DNA of 64,000 bases from Candidatus Poribacteria bacterium (GTDB lineage: Bacteria; Poribacteria; WGA-4E; PCPOR2b). Positions 18,852-28,760 of the stretch are shown in pieces. The position numbers were made by a program, and so were the translations under genes. The stretch spans positions 2,048,001-2,112,000 of the forward strand of contig OZ220744.1 of NCBI GenBank assembly GCA_965116925.1. Direction: 5' to 3'. Below the pieces are notes generated by a model. It had not been told where the DNA came from, ran no database searches, and saw only the letters and a program-made list of their open reading frames with translations. Numbering within the stretch: position 1 is the first letter of the stretch; each line of letters begins with the position of its first letter.

Positions 18852-19817
18852 CTAATTTAAGTCCTCATCTAGGTCAATCTCCTCCACGCTGAAGCGGAGA
18901 TGTGCTTTATCGACCACATCAATGATTCCCTGCCACTGTTTTTGGGTTTTCTCAGAGATGCCCTCTGCTTCAAGGGTTTGGGCAAATTCATTGATGGTGC
19001 TATGAAACTGTTGTTGAAAATAGGTATATTCTTCTGTTTCGTTTGGATTTTTAGGCGGTTCAAAATAGTCGATTAATTCGGTATATTTGCCAAGCTGTTT
19101 TGCTGCCTGCACTGCCGCTTCCTTATCACTATCCTTTGATGCTGCCCCTTTTTGGAAATACGCCCGGATAAGGTCATATTCGTCTTTCATCATCGCCATG
19201 ACCTCTTTAAGATCCTCCGGTTCAATCATTTCTGGGACCGCTGCTTCAGTCTTCGCAGGTCTTTTCAAAAACAGTGCATAACTGAAGGCAAGCGTCTTTT
19301 TTGGCATGAGCGCGATAGCTTGGGAGGCTGCTTGTTCTCCGGCAAGCGGTTCAACATCTTCACCAACTTTGATTTTATCTTCGATCCCTTTGCCGCTAAA
19401 TTGCTTGAGGAATTCGTCGTTGGCAATTCCAGCGACTTCGCTGGGCTTATGGACTTCAACTTTGACCACCTTTCCCGTCATATCAAGTCCCACGCCACCG
19501 CTGATAATACCGTTTGGTCCTTTAACAGATACAAACAGAGCCAATCCGATTGGCTTCTTGTTTTCATTGACAGCGATATAAAATGTCGGTTTAAGGTCTT
19601 CGGGCTGCAGCTGTGTTCCGATCTCCGCCTCGATAGCAGCCACTTTTTCAGGCGTTAGATCCGCCTTCTTTTCCAAGAAGTTCGCCGCATTCGGAAAAAT
19701 GGACGCCAATTTTTCTCTGGGCAAAGTTGTCTCATCTGCCCATACGATAGTGTGTGATACGACAATCAGCCAGCTTAAAAAGGCAATTTGGTAAGATACA
19801 ACAGATTTAAGTTTCAT
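18852..19817 (-). CDS. Exported protein: FMN-bind (RnfG/NosR-like) domain fused to a cytochrome b562-like helical domain
   Basis: Signal peptide; VKGPNG, FLKQFSGK; C-terminal DLKEVM..PPK..AHLRF resembles b562. Confidence 0.55.
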   Translation of the reverse strand: MKLKSVVSYQIAFLSWLIVVSHTIVWADETTLPREKLASIFPNAANFLEKKADLTPEKVAAIEAEIGTQLQPEDLKPTFYIAVNENKKPIGLALFVSVKGPNGIISGGVGLDMTGKVVKVEVHKPSEVAGIANDEFLKQFSGKGIEDKIKVGEDVEPLAGEQAASQAIALMPKKTLAFSYALFLKRPAKTEAAVPEMIEPEDLKEVMAMMKDEYDLIRAYFQKGAASKDSDKEAAVQAAKQLGKYTELIDYFEPPKNPNETEEYTYFQQQFHSTINEFAQTLEAEGISEKTQKQWQGIIDVVDKAHLRFSVEEIDLDEDLN

Positions 19818-19937
19818 CAGTTCTTCTCCTCACAGACTATTTTTGCGTATCAGTATAACTGGCACAGATAGTGACTGTCAAGCCAATCAGGAAAGATAGC
19901 GGTGAGTTTAGTTCATTGGTTCATTGGCAGTGAGTAT

Positions 19938-19994
19938 CGTAGGGAACAACAATCGTTGTTCCCTACTAATGTCGAGATGTGAATCTCGACCTAC
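19938..19994. repeat. REP-like GTAG palindromes
   Basis: GTAGGGAACAAC-AATC-GTTGTTCCCTAC and GTCGAGAT-GTGA-ATCTCGACCTAC. Confidence 0.6.
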
Positions 19995-20006
19995 TGACGG
20001 ACCGAT

Positions 20007-21329
20007 TTATCCCAAATCGCGGCGCAGCTCCTCCGCTGAAGCAACATCCGCGACCGTGCCCGGAGGGTGTTTATACCACCCCGGATCATCATAGCTAGCA
20101 AGCTGCTCCCGAATTTTTAGGATGGTAAACATACCACCCATTGTGATGTAATCGAAGGGACCCCGTGCACCGACCATGGGAATACTGTTCTTTGGCACTG
20201 GCATGTGTCCCGCTTCAACGTGAATTCCGTGTTCTCCCATGCCGTGCTCCCCCATCATCATATATGCAGGCAACAGGTTACGCACTTTTTGATCGAACCC
20301 TTTTTTCTCAATACCTACGACATTTGGAAAATCGTGTCCCATCTGATTCATGACATGGTGCGTCATGTGGCAGTGCACCCCCCAATCGCCCGGCTCGCTG
20401 GCGACGAACTCAATATCCTGCGTGTCACCGACAGGGACAAAGAGGGTGCTGCCCGGATGCTGCGCTGCAACAGGAATGCTGCCTCCGTTTGTCGCAGTAA
20501 TCTTGAAGTAATGACCATGGAGGTGAATCGAATGATGGTCCATTGCGGAGAGATTGCCAAAGCGAATCCGCACCCGATCGCCCATTTTGGCAACTAACGA
20601 CTCGGTTCCTGGATAACACTTTGCGTTCATTGTCAGGACGTTGAAGTCATTCATCTCGTTGGGATTAGGCGTGGAGGTTCCCGGATCAATTCGCCACTCA
20701 CTTAACATGATAGCGAAGTCCCGGTCTACCTTGTAATCGGGCGAGGGTTTTCTGGGATGGAAAACGAGCATTCCCATCATGCCCATCGCCATCTGCGTCA
20801 TTTCGTCATGGTGGGAATGGTACATATAGGTCCCCGATTGGCGCACCGTCCACTCATATTTGAAGGTCTCACCCGGTTGGATGGCGCGCTGGGTGAGTCC
20901 CCCAACACCGTCCATCCCGTTCGGGAGAAAGACGCCGTGCCAGTGGACAGACGTGGGGGCTTTGAGCTTGTTGGTGACGTAGATGCGAATACGCTCGCCC
21001 TCCACCGCCTCAATGGTAGGACCGTGAACCTGTCCATTGTAGCCCCAGCACTTCGCTTTCAAACCGGATGCGAAGGTGTGCCACACCTCCTCAGCGACCA
21101 AGTGAAAAACTTTAACGCCGTCAACAACCTTCCACGGTAGAGAAGATATGTTGGGCGTGATGACCGGCGTGTAGTCCTTACCGGGCAGCCCCGGTGCTAA
21201 CGCGGGTCGTTGTACGTCCCCCGCGTAAGATTTCTCCCATTGGGATTCTGCCGCGCTAGCTTTAGCTGCTCCTAGAGCAACGGCACCACCAACTAGTGCT
21301 CCTGTTTTGAGCATATCTCTCCGATTCAT
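20007..21329 (-). CDS. Tat-exported two-domain multicopper oxidase
   Basis: MNRRDML Tat motif; HWHG, YHSH, HSIHLHGH, HCHMTHH. Confidence 0.92.
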   Translation of the reverse strand: MNRRDMLKTGALVGGAVALGAAKASAAESQWEKSYAGDVQRPALAPGLPGKDYTPVITPNISSLPWKVVDGVKVFHLVAEEVWHTFASGLKAKCWGYNGQVHGPTIEAVEGERIRIYVTNKLKAPTSVHWHGVFLPNGMDGVGGLTQRAIQPGETFKYEWTVRQSGTYMYHSHHDEMTQMAMGMMGMLVFHPRKPSPDYKVDRDFAIMLSEWRIDPGTSTPNPNEMNDFNVLTMNAKCYPGTESLVAKMGDRVRIRFGNLSAMDHHSIHLHGHYFKITATNGGSIPVAAQHPGSTLFVPVGDTQDIEFVASEPGDWGVHCHMTHHVMNQMGHDFPNVVGIEKKGFDQKVRNLLPAYMMMGEHGMGEHGIHVEAGHMPVPKNSIPMVGARGPFDYITMGGMFTILKIREQLASYDDPGWYKHPPGTVADVASAEELRRDLG

Positions 21330-21330
21330 T

Positions 21331-22791
21331 TTAATGCCCTCCTGCTGCGTCTGCGTTTTCAAGGTGTTTTGCAGTGCCGTTCCCTTGTGATAGGGGTGTA
21401 TCGCCCTGTGTGTCTGAGACTAGCCTGCCGTTAAGGATCTGGTCAAACTCCGTGCGTGCAACATGATAGCTGTAGAGTGCTTGGATGTAATTTCGACCGG
21501 CGTCGATCTGTTGTTGTTTCACCAGTAACAGTCGTGGCGTGCCCACCTGCATCGCGTTGTACTGCAACTGGACCTGATCGAGGATCTTCTCTTGGAGTGG
21601 TAGTATCTCGTTTTGATAAGACAGTGCGGTCTGCCGAGCAGCCAATAGGCGGCGGCGCGCGGCGCGAACAACGGAGCGAATCTCAACCGCTAGCGCGTAG
21701 TATTCCTCCTGTCGGCGGCGCAGCTCTGCGGCTGCCGCTGCTCGCTGCCCCTGTTTTCGATCAAACAAGGGAATCTCAAATCCGAGTGCAGGTCCCGCTG
21801 ACCATGCCCCTGCTTCACCCTCAAGTTCTCCACCGATCTCTAAGTGTGGCACCAGGGACATCGCCTTTACTACGCCGAGTTGTTTTCCTATAGATACGAT
21901 CTCTCCTCGTGCGATCGCGAGATCTATGCTGTTTTCAATAGCAACCTTCTCAACGCTATCAAGGTTCATCGGTTCCGTTGGAACGTCCGGCAGTCGAGTC
22001 TCAACCATCCAAGCTGTTTCCGCGCCCCACACTCCCATCAACCGGTTGAGTTGTTCACGGCTTTCGGCAAGTGTTACCTCTGCAGTAGTAAGTGCTAGCT
22101 TCGATTGTTCATAAAGCGTGCGTTGAAGCAGCAGATCCAGTTCCGGGATATTCCCGGCTTCGTAGAGTTCGCTAGCAAATTGGTAGCTCGCATCGCTTGC
22201 CAACACAACCTGCTGCAACATTTCCAGCATCTGCTGTTCGGACTGAACGCGATAAAACACCCTGCGTGTCTGGCCCGCCAAATCCATCACGGCTGCTGTC
22301 ACACGGAGTTTTGCCGTCTCGAACTCCGATTTTGCAGCTGACTTTCGCATTGACCCATACAAAACTGAGAGAAAATCCATCTCAACCTTAAATACATAGT
22401 GGTCGTGGGCGGGGTGTGCCGTATCCGGATCTTGTGGGAGCCCAAAGATTGCGTCTCCATGAAAAGCAGGATTTGAAGGAGTATCCGCTTCAATGACAGC
22501 GGCGTGTGCGATACCGATTTCCTCATAGGTTGCCTGTAGACGACGGTTGTTTAATAGCGCAATCCGCACGGCAGTATCGGCCACTAACGGCTTATCCAAT
22601 AACTCTTTAATTGTTTGTGCCACTTCATCGGTTGAATCTGTCTCCATATTCCAGTGAATAGGAAAACCGATACGCTCATCTACTCCTTGTTGAACTTCGT
22701 TGAAAGCTGCCCTTTTTGATACACCGGCGCAGCCGGTTAGGGTGAGATACGCCGCGAAAAATAACGCGGCGTATCTCATTTTCTTGTTCAT
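21331..22791 (-). CDS. TolC family outer-membrane lipoprotein (copper resistance-associated)
   Basis: Lipobox LTGC; AVRIALLNN, EIPLFD; adjacent to the MCO. Confidence 0.85.
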   Translation of the reverse strand: MNKKMRYAALFFAAYLTLTGCAGVSKRAAFNEVQQGVDERIGFPIHWNMETDSTDEVAQTIKELLDKPLVADTAVRIALLNNRRLQATYEEIGIAHAAVIEADTPSNPAFHGDAIFGLPQDPDTAHPAHDHYVFKVEMDFLSVLYGSMRKSAAKSEFETAKLRVTAAVMDLAGQTRRVFYRVQSEQQMLEMLQQVVLASDASYQFASELYEAGNIPELDLLLQRTLYEQSKLALTTAEVTLAESREQLNRLMGVWGAETAWMVETRLPDVPTEPMNLDSVEKVAIENSIDLAIARGEIVSIGKQLGVVKAMSLVPHLEIGGELEGEAGAWSAGPALGFEIPLFDRKQGQRAAAAAELRRRQEEYYALAVEIRSVVRAARRRLLAARQTALSYQNEILPLQEKILDQVQLQYNAMQVGTPRLLLVKQQQIDAGRNYIQALYSYHVARTEFDQILNGRLVSDTQGDTPLSQGNGTAKHLENADAAGGH

Positions 22792-22812
22792 TTTTTAAAC
22801 TCCTCACCTCTG

Positions 22813-23571
22813 TTAATGACTATGTTTGTGCGACTCCATGTCTTCAGTGCCAGACATACCCTCATTTGAAACGGACATCTGTTCCTTCGCGGTGTGGCAT
22901 CTGAGCATCGCGCTTCCGAAATACGGGTTACGAACGGGCTCACCAGTTTGCATCCATATTCCTGCTTTAGGGACATCGGGTGCCATCCCACACACATAGC
23001 TGTAGATCGGCTTCCCGTAATTTGCGGGCACCCCCACTGCTGCAATAAAGTGCTTGAAGCTATCGCTTAGTGAGCCGTAGGCGATTCGGGCAGCTTTGAT
23101 ATCCGAGAGATTGCCAAGCTGATGTGCAGTGTCGTGAATCATCTCTGTGTGGGCTTCGTGAGCGTTCCACAATTCAGCAGGGACTCCGGCTTTAACGGCA
23201 TGGAAGGCTTCGATTATTGCGTGTGCCTTCGCATTGACATTGTCCATCGTATCGGAAGCCAGCTGGTTTCCGATGGCAAGGTAGGCGTCAAGCATCGCAC
23301 CCAATGCGTCCGCGCCATCAGGAGAGAGCTCTGCGCTACGATGTCCTTGAGTCTTTTCACGCATCTCTCTCATTGGCATATCCCCTTTGTGCATCTCTGC
23401 CATCGGCATATTGTCATGATCGGGGGGTGCACCCTGTTGGGCGTTGGGATTTGCCGGGTGGTCTTGTGAGGTGGTGAGGTCAACGGTTTTGCTGCCGCAG
23501 CCGATAGCTAACGGTAAAAACAGAGTGATAAGTATGGGTAGAATTTGTCCATTGAAAACTTTGGATAACAT
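22813..23571 (-). CDS. Met/His-rich metal-binding lipoprotein, DUF3347-like
   Basis: LAIGC lipobox, YLAIGNQLASD, CGMA..WMQ..VRNPYFGSAMLRC; RBS GGAGG before ATG 23571. Confidence 0.75.
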   Translation of the reverse strand: MLSKVFNGQILPILITLFLPLAIGCGSKTVDLTTSQDHPANPNAQQGAPPDHDNMPMAEMHKGDMPMREMREKTQGHRSAELSPDGADALGAMLDAYLAIGNQLASDTMDNVNAKAHAIIEAFHAVKAGVPAELWNAHEAHTEMIHDTAHQLGNLSDIKAARIAYGSLSDSFKHFIAAVGVPANYGKPIYSYVCGMAPDVPKAGIWMQTGEPVRNPYFGSAMLRCHTAKEQMSVSNEGMSGTEDMESHKHSH

Positions 23572-23693
23572 GAGAATAACCTCCGTTTGGAATGAAAGAT
23601 AATCAAAGATAGACCGGTGGTGTTGTGGCGTAGGCACACAGATACACCAACCGATGAATATATTTCAGATATAAAAAAAGGTGTATAGGAAAA

Positions 23694-24158
23694 TTAGGCG
23701 AGAACAAACGGAGGTGCCCGAGGAGAGAACTGCGGGAGGAGAGTATCGGTATAGCGTTTATGGGTAGGTTGAAGATGAGCGGTGAAAGAGACAGGATCAG
23801 GAAAAACGCTAGGTGTTGTAGGGATTAGAACAACAGATAAAAATGTGTCTTTTTGTATTTGCGAGGTGAGTTGGGGCTCACTGGTTCCAAGCGATTCCCA
23901 CTGGTTGAAGCAGCAATATCCCTCTTCCTCCTCTTGACGTTCATGGGGAAGGGCTGGTTGATTTTCAGACTCACAGCAAGTGGATTGATTTGTTCCATCA
24001 ACGGTTGGTGAACCAATCCGATGCTGATGATGGCTTGAAACCTCATCGGAGGCAGCATTTTCATCTGCCTCTTGGATTACTGCACATTGTACTGGGCAGA
24101 TGAAATAAACCGAAGCGAGTGAGAGTAAGAAAAGCGCACAAAGATTTTTGAATTTCAT
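23694..24158 (-). CDS. Cys/His-rich exported leader protein ending in RAPP (DUF2946/CruR-like putative arrest peptide)
   Basis: Signal-like N-terminus, CPVQC, HHQH, two CC pairs, C-terminal SPRAPPFVLA; first gene of the copper locus. Confidence 0.65.
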   Translation of the reverse strand: MKFKNLCALFLLSLASVYFICPVQCAVIQEADENAASDEVSSHHQHRIGSPTVDGTNQSTCCESENQPALPHERQEEEEGYCCFNQWESLGTSEPQLTSQIQKDTFLSVVLIPTTPSVFPDPVSFTAHLQPTHKRYTDTLLPQFSPRAPPFVLA

Positions 24159-24245
24159 TAGATTGCTACCTCCCATGCCGTTATATACCGATGCAATGGG
24201 AAAAATTATTGTTTGTTCGCAGAACCTTCGGAAAGTTGGGGGCGA

Positions 24246-24833
24246 CTATATATATTCTTCTTCTTCATCTTCAGCAGGGTAGATGTTGACATCGGATATT
24301 GAGATTGATTCGCCGACATAAAAGGTTAACCAATTCCCAACTAGCTCGACAGACATCATCTCATCATCTTCGCTGGTGTATTCGTGCAATTCTGCCTCGA
24401 ATGTCTCCATCTCTAGGAGATTTACAACGGCCATCTCCGCCGGAACGATCTCCTGCCGCACATATTCAACAGAAATTTCAGCACCTTCGTCATCAGGATC
24501 AGGGTAGTGGAGCGTGATTAAATCAGGAAGATCTTCATCTAACTCCTCTTCACCGTCGATAATCCAGCGGGAGATCTCATATTCGTTTGTGCCGCCGATC
24601 CGATCTACCCCCAAAACCACGACTTCATCTTCATCTTCAAGACGATACATATAGCGCAGCAAGCTGCTGCCTACATACTTTTTCCGCTCCGTCAACTCAA
24701 ACGTGCGGGAAGCTGCATCGCTGATTTCAAACGTGATCGAATCAGAAAGCTCAATCATGCTTCCAAGTGGAATATCCAACAATTCGTGCCGCTTCGGTTT
24801 TTCATCTCTTGATTTGCGGCGAAATAGTGCCAT
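24246..24833 (-). CDS. Highly acidic hypothetical protein (DUF4178-like)
   Basis: Asp/Glu-rich beta-rich sequence; C-terminal FYVGESI..SDVNI. Confidence 0.5.
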   Translation of the reverse strand: MALFRRKSRDEKPKRHELLDIPLGSMIELSDSITFEISDAASRTFELTERKKYVGSSLLRYMYRLEDEDEVVVLGVDRIGGTNEYEISRWIIDGEEELDEDLPDLITLHYPDPDDEGAEISVEYVRQEIVPAEMAVVNLLEMETFEAELHEYTSEDDEMMSVELVGNWLTFYVGESISISDVNIYPAEDEEEEYI

Positions 24834-24941
24834 TGCGCTTACCTCTATTAATAACGAACGATTCTAGGATCTGGTTTATACGTTGTGGTATATTAGTTTT
24901 TGGAAGACATTGGGGTGCACCACGTAGCACCCCATGCCAAT

Positions 24942-26015
24942 CTAGAAGTAACCTTTGTTATACATTATCAAAACGACAACCCCAATAATCAGGAGGCTGC
25001 CGAAAACAAGAACGAACCATGTGCCTCCAGAGGTCTTCTTCTGAACCACAACTCTTTGTGGTTGTGGTTGCGTCGTTGATGCTGATGCAGTTTGGCTGTC
25101 GCTCGCTAAAACAATGTTACGAAGTGACTTTTCGTCCGGAAGTTCTTCAACCGTCACCGCTTCTTCGGCGTTTTCGCCATAGAACTTGTCGGAGTTCTTC
25201 TCAACGTGTGCCTCAATGTAGTCCTCGTCTCGATTTGTGCCCGGATCTACATAGCGCGAATCTGGCTTGATGCCTTGGCTGTCATAGTAGGCTCGCCACT
25301 TTTCGTATTCCATCTGTCGGTCATGTGACCAGTGCGATCTGTCATAATTCGGATGGTGATAATACCACAGCCAACTATGATGGATTCGATGATTATAGTA
25401 ATCGTGGAAGTAGATCCCCGAAATCATATTTGCGAATACCATACTGGCAGTTAGGCTATAGATGGAGTAACCTGCCATTGGATAATACATACCGAAATTA
25501 TTGACGGTGATTGGGGACTGTGCTTCACGCGCTTGGCGACGGGCACGGGCGGTATCTCGGTTTGCACGTCTGACTTGACGTTTGAGGCTACGATTTTCCG
25601 CCTTGAGGTTTCGAGTTTGCTGCCGTTGTTGCGATTGCAGTGACCGTCTTTGGCTGCTAGTCATATTTCTCGTGGAGACAGCGGAACCGGTTTTTGCACT
25701 GCTCATCGCGCTCTGCCGTTGCCGGACCGCGCTGCTTGAGCGCGCTGCACTCGGTCGTGATGAGCTAGCAGCACTACTGCCGTAGCTTCTGCTGGTGCTT
25801 CGGGAGCTTGAGCGTACTGATGAACTGCCATAAGTTCTTGATGACGAGGTGCTGCTCCGGGTTGACCTTGTATAACTTCGACTACTGCTGTAACTTCTGC
25901 TACCGTAGCTTCTTCCACTGGATCTGAAGCCTTTTGAAAAAACGTCAGAACCTATGCTGAATGCGAATAAAACAAGAACTGCCGCAATCGATACTTTTTG
26001 GAAAGGACGTCTCAT
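24942..26015 (-). CDS. Hypothetical exported protein with Ser/Arg-rich low-complexity region and C-terminal TM anchor
   Basis: Signal peptide, about 130-aa S/R-rich tract, His/Tyr/Trp-rich segment, C-terminal TM; RBS GGAGG. Confidence 0.75.
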   Translation of the reverse strand: MRRPFQKVSIAAVLVLFAFSIGSDVFSKGFRSSGRSYGSRSYSSSRSYTRSTRSSTSSSRTYGSSSVRSSSRSTSRSYGSSAASSSRPSAARSSSAVRQRQSAMSSAKTGSAVSTRNMTSSQRRSLQSQQRQQTRNLKAENRSLKRQVRRANRDTARARRQAREAQSPITVNNFGMYYPMAGYSIYSLTASMVFANMISGIYFHDYYNHRIHHSWLWYYHHPNYDRSHWSHDRQMEYEKWRAYYDSQGIKPDSRYVDPGTNRDEDYIEAHVEKNSDKFYGENAEEAVTVEELPDEKSLRNIVLASDSQTASASTTQPQPQRVVVQKKTSGGTWFVLVFGSLLIIGVVVLIMYNKGYF

Positions 26016-26176
26016 ACTTAACTGCCTCCTTGGGAAGTTGGGGTAAGCTCTCTTATCTCATTAAACACTCTTATCCCTGTAGAAGTTCCCCTACGCATGG
26101 GAAATAGCAAAAAATTGGTATCCCTAGAATTTGCTTGACAATTTATAGTGTGTGAATTATTATTACCATTGAGGGT

Positions 26177-26250
26177 GTGCCTGTAGCTCAACTGGATAGA
26201 GCGTTAGCCTCCGGAGCTAAAGGTTGGGCGTTCGAGTCGCCCCAGGCACA
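26177..26250 (+). tRNA. tRNA-Arg (CCG), CCA not encoded
   Basis: GTGCCTGTAGCTCAACTGGATAGAGCGTTAGCCTCCGGAGCTAAAGGTTGGGCGTTCGAGTCGCCCCAGGCACA; TTGACA upstream. Confidence 0.95.
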
Positions 26251-26672
26251 TCAACCTACCACATTTCTCTTTCTTTTCCACACGTCCGACTTAGAACTAC
26301 CATCAGTTTTCATATTCAATAGGGAAATTATACTTTCGATCTGTTCTCTCTGTCAATGATTTGTTATGTTTTTTTGTATCCTTTAGGACTTACGCTCTTG
26401 AGTTTGTAGTAGCGCGATAAATCGTCCTACTCTAAACCAAGAACATGGGGCAACCCCGCCTTCCACCCTTCCATGCTTCCACAGCCACCAAAATCAGGTG
26501 CAATTCTCCCACACCTAAAACTCCCCTTGTTACAGATGTATCCGAACCACTTTTTTTGCTTGTATTATTGTAAAGGGTATGATACTTTATCGCACATGTA
26601 TTTGGTATAATGACCTCAAACTTTCACGTTTTACACATCACATTTCACATACGGAAGACAGAGGAGGCGTAT

Positions 26673-27557
26673 ATGAGTCTTGATGTTCGATCCCCAAAAT
26701 TATTAGACCTGATTGATGCCGATGCAGAACTGAAGCAACTCGGAACAGGTTGTGAATTCACGGAGGGACCTGTCTGGCACGCCGATGGCAAGTTTCTGTT
26801 GTTTAGCGACATCCCTGCAAATCAAATGAAAAAGTGGACAGCGGAGGAAGGTATCACGAACTTCCGTGTTCCTTCGGGGAAATCCAACGGCTTGACCTAC
26901 GATAAGCAGGGTAGGCTTGTAACGTGTGAACATGCCAATCGTCGAGTTTCTCGGACCGAACCTGATGGCACAGTTGTTACGATTGCATCACATTATGAGG
27001 GCAAGCGATTGAACAGTCCGAATGATGTGATTGTGAAGTCGGATGGCAGCATCTATTTCTCCGACCCGCCCTACGGTTTAACAGCCGATTACGGTGTCGA
27101 AGGAGAGCAGGATCTTGACTTTCAAGGTGTCTATCGTCTTTCCCCTGACGGCCAGACGCTGACGCTGTTGGTTGATGATTTTGATCGCCCGAATGGTCTC
27201 TGCTTTTCGCCAGACGAGTCAATCCTTTATATCGACGATACTGAACGTCTGCACGTCCGCGCGTTTGATGTTCAACCGGATGGCACCATTGCAAACGGCC
27301 GGATTTTTGCCGAAGAAGAAGGCGACGATGGTGTGCCCGATGGCATGAAAATTGATGTACATGGGAATGTCTATCTCACCGGTCCAGGGGGTATCTGGAT
27401 TTTTGATACGGCCGGGGAGCATCTTGGTGTCCTCCAAACCCCTGAGCGAGCTGCGAATCTCGGTTGGGGTGGTGATGACTGGAGCACACTTTTCATCACA
27501 GCAAGCACTTCGATTTATAGTATCCAGTGTAAGGTATCGGGAATTCCCGTTTCATAA
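26673..27557 (+). CDS. SMP-30/gluconolactonase family protein
   Basis: FTEGPVW, LNSPND, PNGLCFSPD, PDGMKID; RBS GAGGAGG. Confidence 0.92.
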   Translation: MSLDVRSPKLLDLIDADAELKQLGTGCEFTEGPVWHADGKFLLFSDIPANQMKKWTAEEGITNFRVPSGKSNGLTYDKQGRLVTCEHANRRVSRTEPDGTVVTIASHYEGKRLNSPNDVIVKSDGSIYFSDPPYGLTADYGVEGEQDLDFQGVYRLSPDGQTLTLLVDDFDRPNGLCFSPDESILYIDDTERLHVRAFDVQPDGTIANGRIFAEEEGDDGVPDGMKIDVHGNVYLTGPGGIWIFDTAGEHLGVLQTPERAANLGWGGDDWSTLFITASTSIYSIQCKVSGIPVS

Positions 27558-27587
27558 ACTCTGTGCTTGACTGAGGAGATGACAAAA

Positions 27588-28103
27588 ATGCAAAAGTTGA
27601 CACGGTTGGCGATTTTGATTGCTGTCCTTTCTGTTTTGATACTCAGTGCAAATACACCGATAAGCCCACAAATGGGTTCGCGTCCCGATCCAGTCGGGGA
27701 GGAGGGAAATAAGATGGAGATGAAAATTTGGAAAATCGCGCTATTGATGAGCGATATGGAAAAAGCGGAAGATCTGTATGTCAACAAACTCGGTCTTAAA
27801 GTACTAGACCGCCTTGATCTCGGTGAACTGGGTGAGGCGATCTTCTTGGACGCGGGTAATGTGAATCTAGAGCTTATTCCTGCCGCTGCATTTGAGGGAG
27901 TCTGGGGTTTAGATCGTCCGGGCGTACATCACATCTCGTTCAAGTCTGATGATGTTGAGGGTGGCACGGAAGTGCTCCGCGAAAAAGGCGTTACCGTCAA
28001 AAAGGAGCCTTTCCAACCGCTTGAGGGGATGACGCTTGCCTTCTTTGACGGACTTGACGGAGTCAATCTACAACTCTACCGTCACGATAAAGGAGAAGAG
28101 TAA
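27588..28103 (+). CDS. VOC/glyoxalase family protein (possible signal peptide; alternative start 27714)
   Basis: NLELI, GVHHISF, FFDGLDGVNLQL. Confidence 0.8.
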   Translation: MQKLTRLAILIAVLSVLILSANTPISPQMGSRPDPVGEEGNKMEMKIWKIALLMSDMEKAEDLYVNKLGLKVLDRLDLGELGEAIFLDAGNVNLELIPAAAFEGVWGLDRPGVHHISFKSDDVEGGTEVLREKGVTVKKEPFQPLEGMTLAFFDGLDGVNLQLYRHDKGEE

Positions 28104-28253
28104 GAGCATAGTCACGCTGATTGAGACACTCGGAATGGGAAGACGGGAAGGTTGCAACCTGTCTCGTCTTCTCGTTCTCTCGTTTTCTCGTTTTCTCCCG
28201 CTCTCCCCTTCTTTACTTCCTGATCAGCAATTCCACTACAAATTGGCGTACCC

Positions 28254-28700
28254 ATGAAAGTTAGTATCAAACGTCTTGATAAAGATCTACCACTGCCGAT
28301 GTACGAGACAGGCGGTTCTGTCGGTTTTGATCTATTATGCCGTGAATCGGTAACTATCGAGCCGCAGACGGTGGCGTTAATTCCGGCAAACGTCATCATC
28401 GAAACGCCGCCGGGGTATATGTTGATGGTGACGTTGCGTAGCAGTACACCTCGCAAACTGGGATTACTGATCCCGCACGGTGTTGGTATCATTGATCAGG
28501 ACTACTGCGGGGAAGGCGACGAGATCCAGATCCAGATCTATAATTTCACAGACCAACCCGTTACCGTCGAGCGCGGCGATAAGATCGTACAGGGCATCTT
28601 CGTGCGAGTGGATACTGCGGAATGGTCAGAGGTATCTGAAATGGGTTCGGAGACACGTGGTGGGTTTGGCAGCACGGACAAAGGAGGGGTTCATTCGTAG
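28254..28700 (+). CDS. dut: dUTP diphosphatase
   Basis: GSVGFDL, RSS, GIIDQDY, GDKIVQ, RGGFGST. Confidence 0.93.
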   Translation: MKVSIKRLDKDLPLPMYETGGSVGFDLLCRESVTIEPQTVALIPANVIIETPPGYMLMVTLRSSTPRKLGLLIPHGVGIIDQDYCGEGDEIQIQIYNFTDQPVTVERGDKIVQGIFVRVDTAEWSEVSEMGSETRGGFGSTDKGGVHS

Positions 28701-28760
28701 ATTAATTCATTAGTTTTTAATGAACCTATGTACTGATGTACTAATGAACTCAAAGAAACA

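Noticed and set aside
26177..26359. 60-aa ORF in the ORF track
   Set aside because: Overlaps tRNA-Arg exactly; spurious
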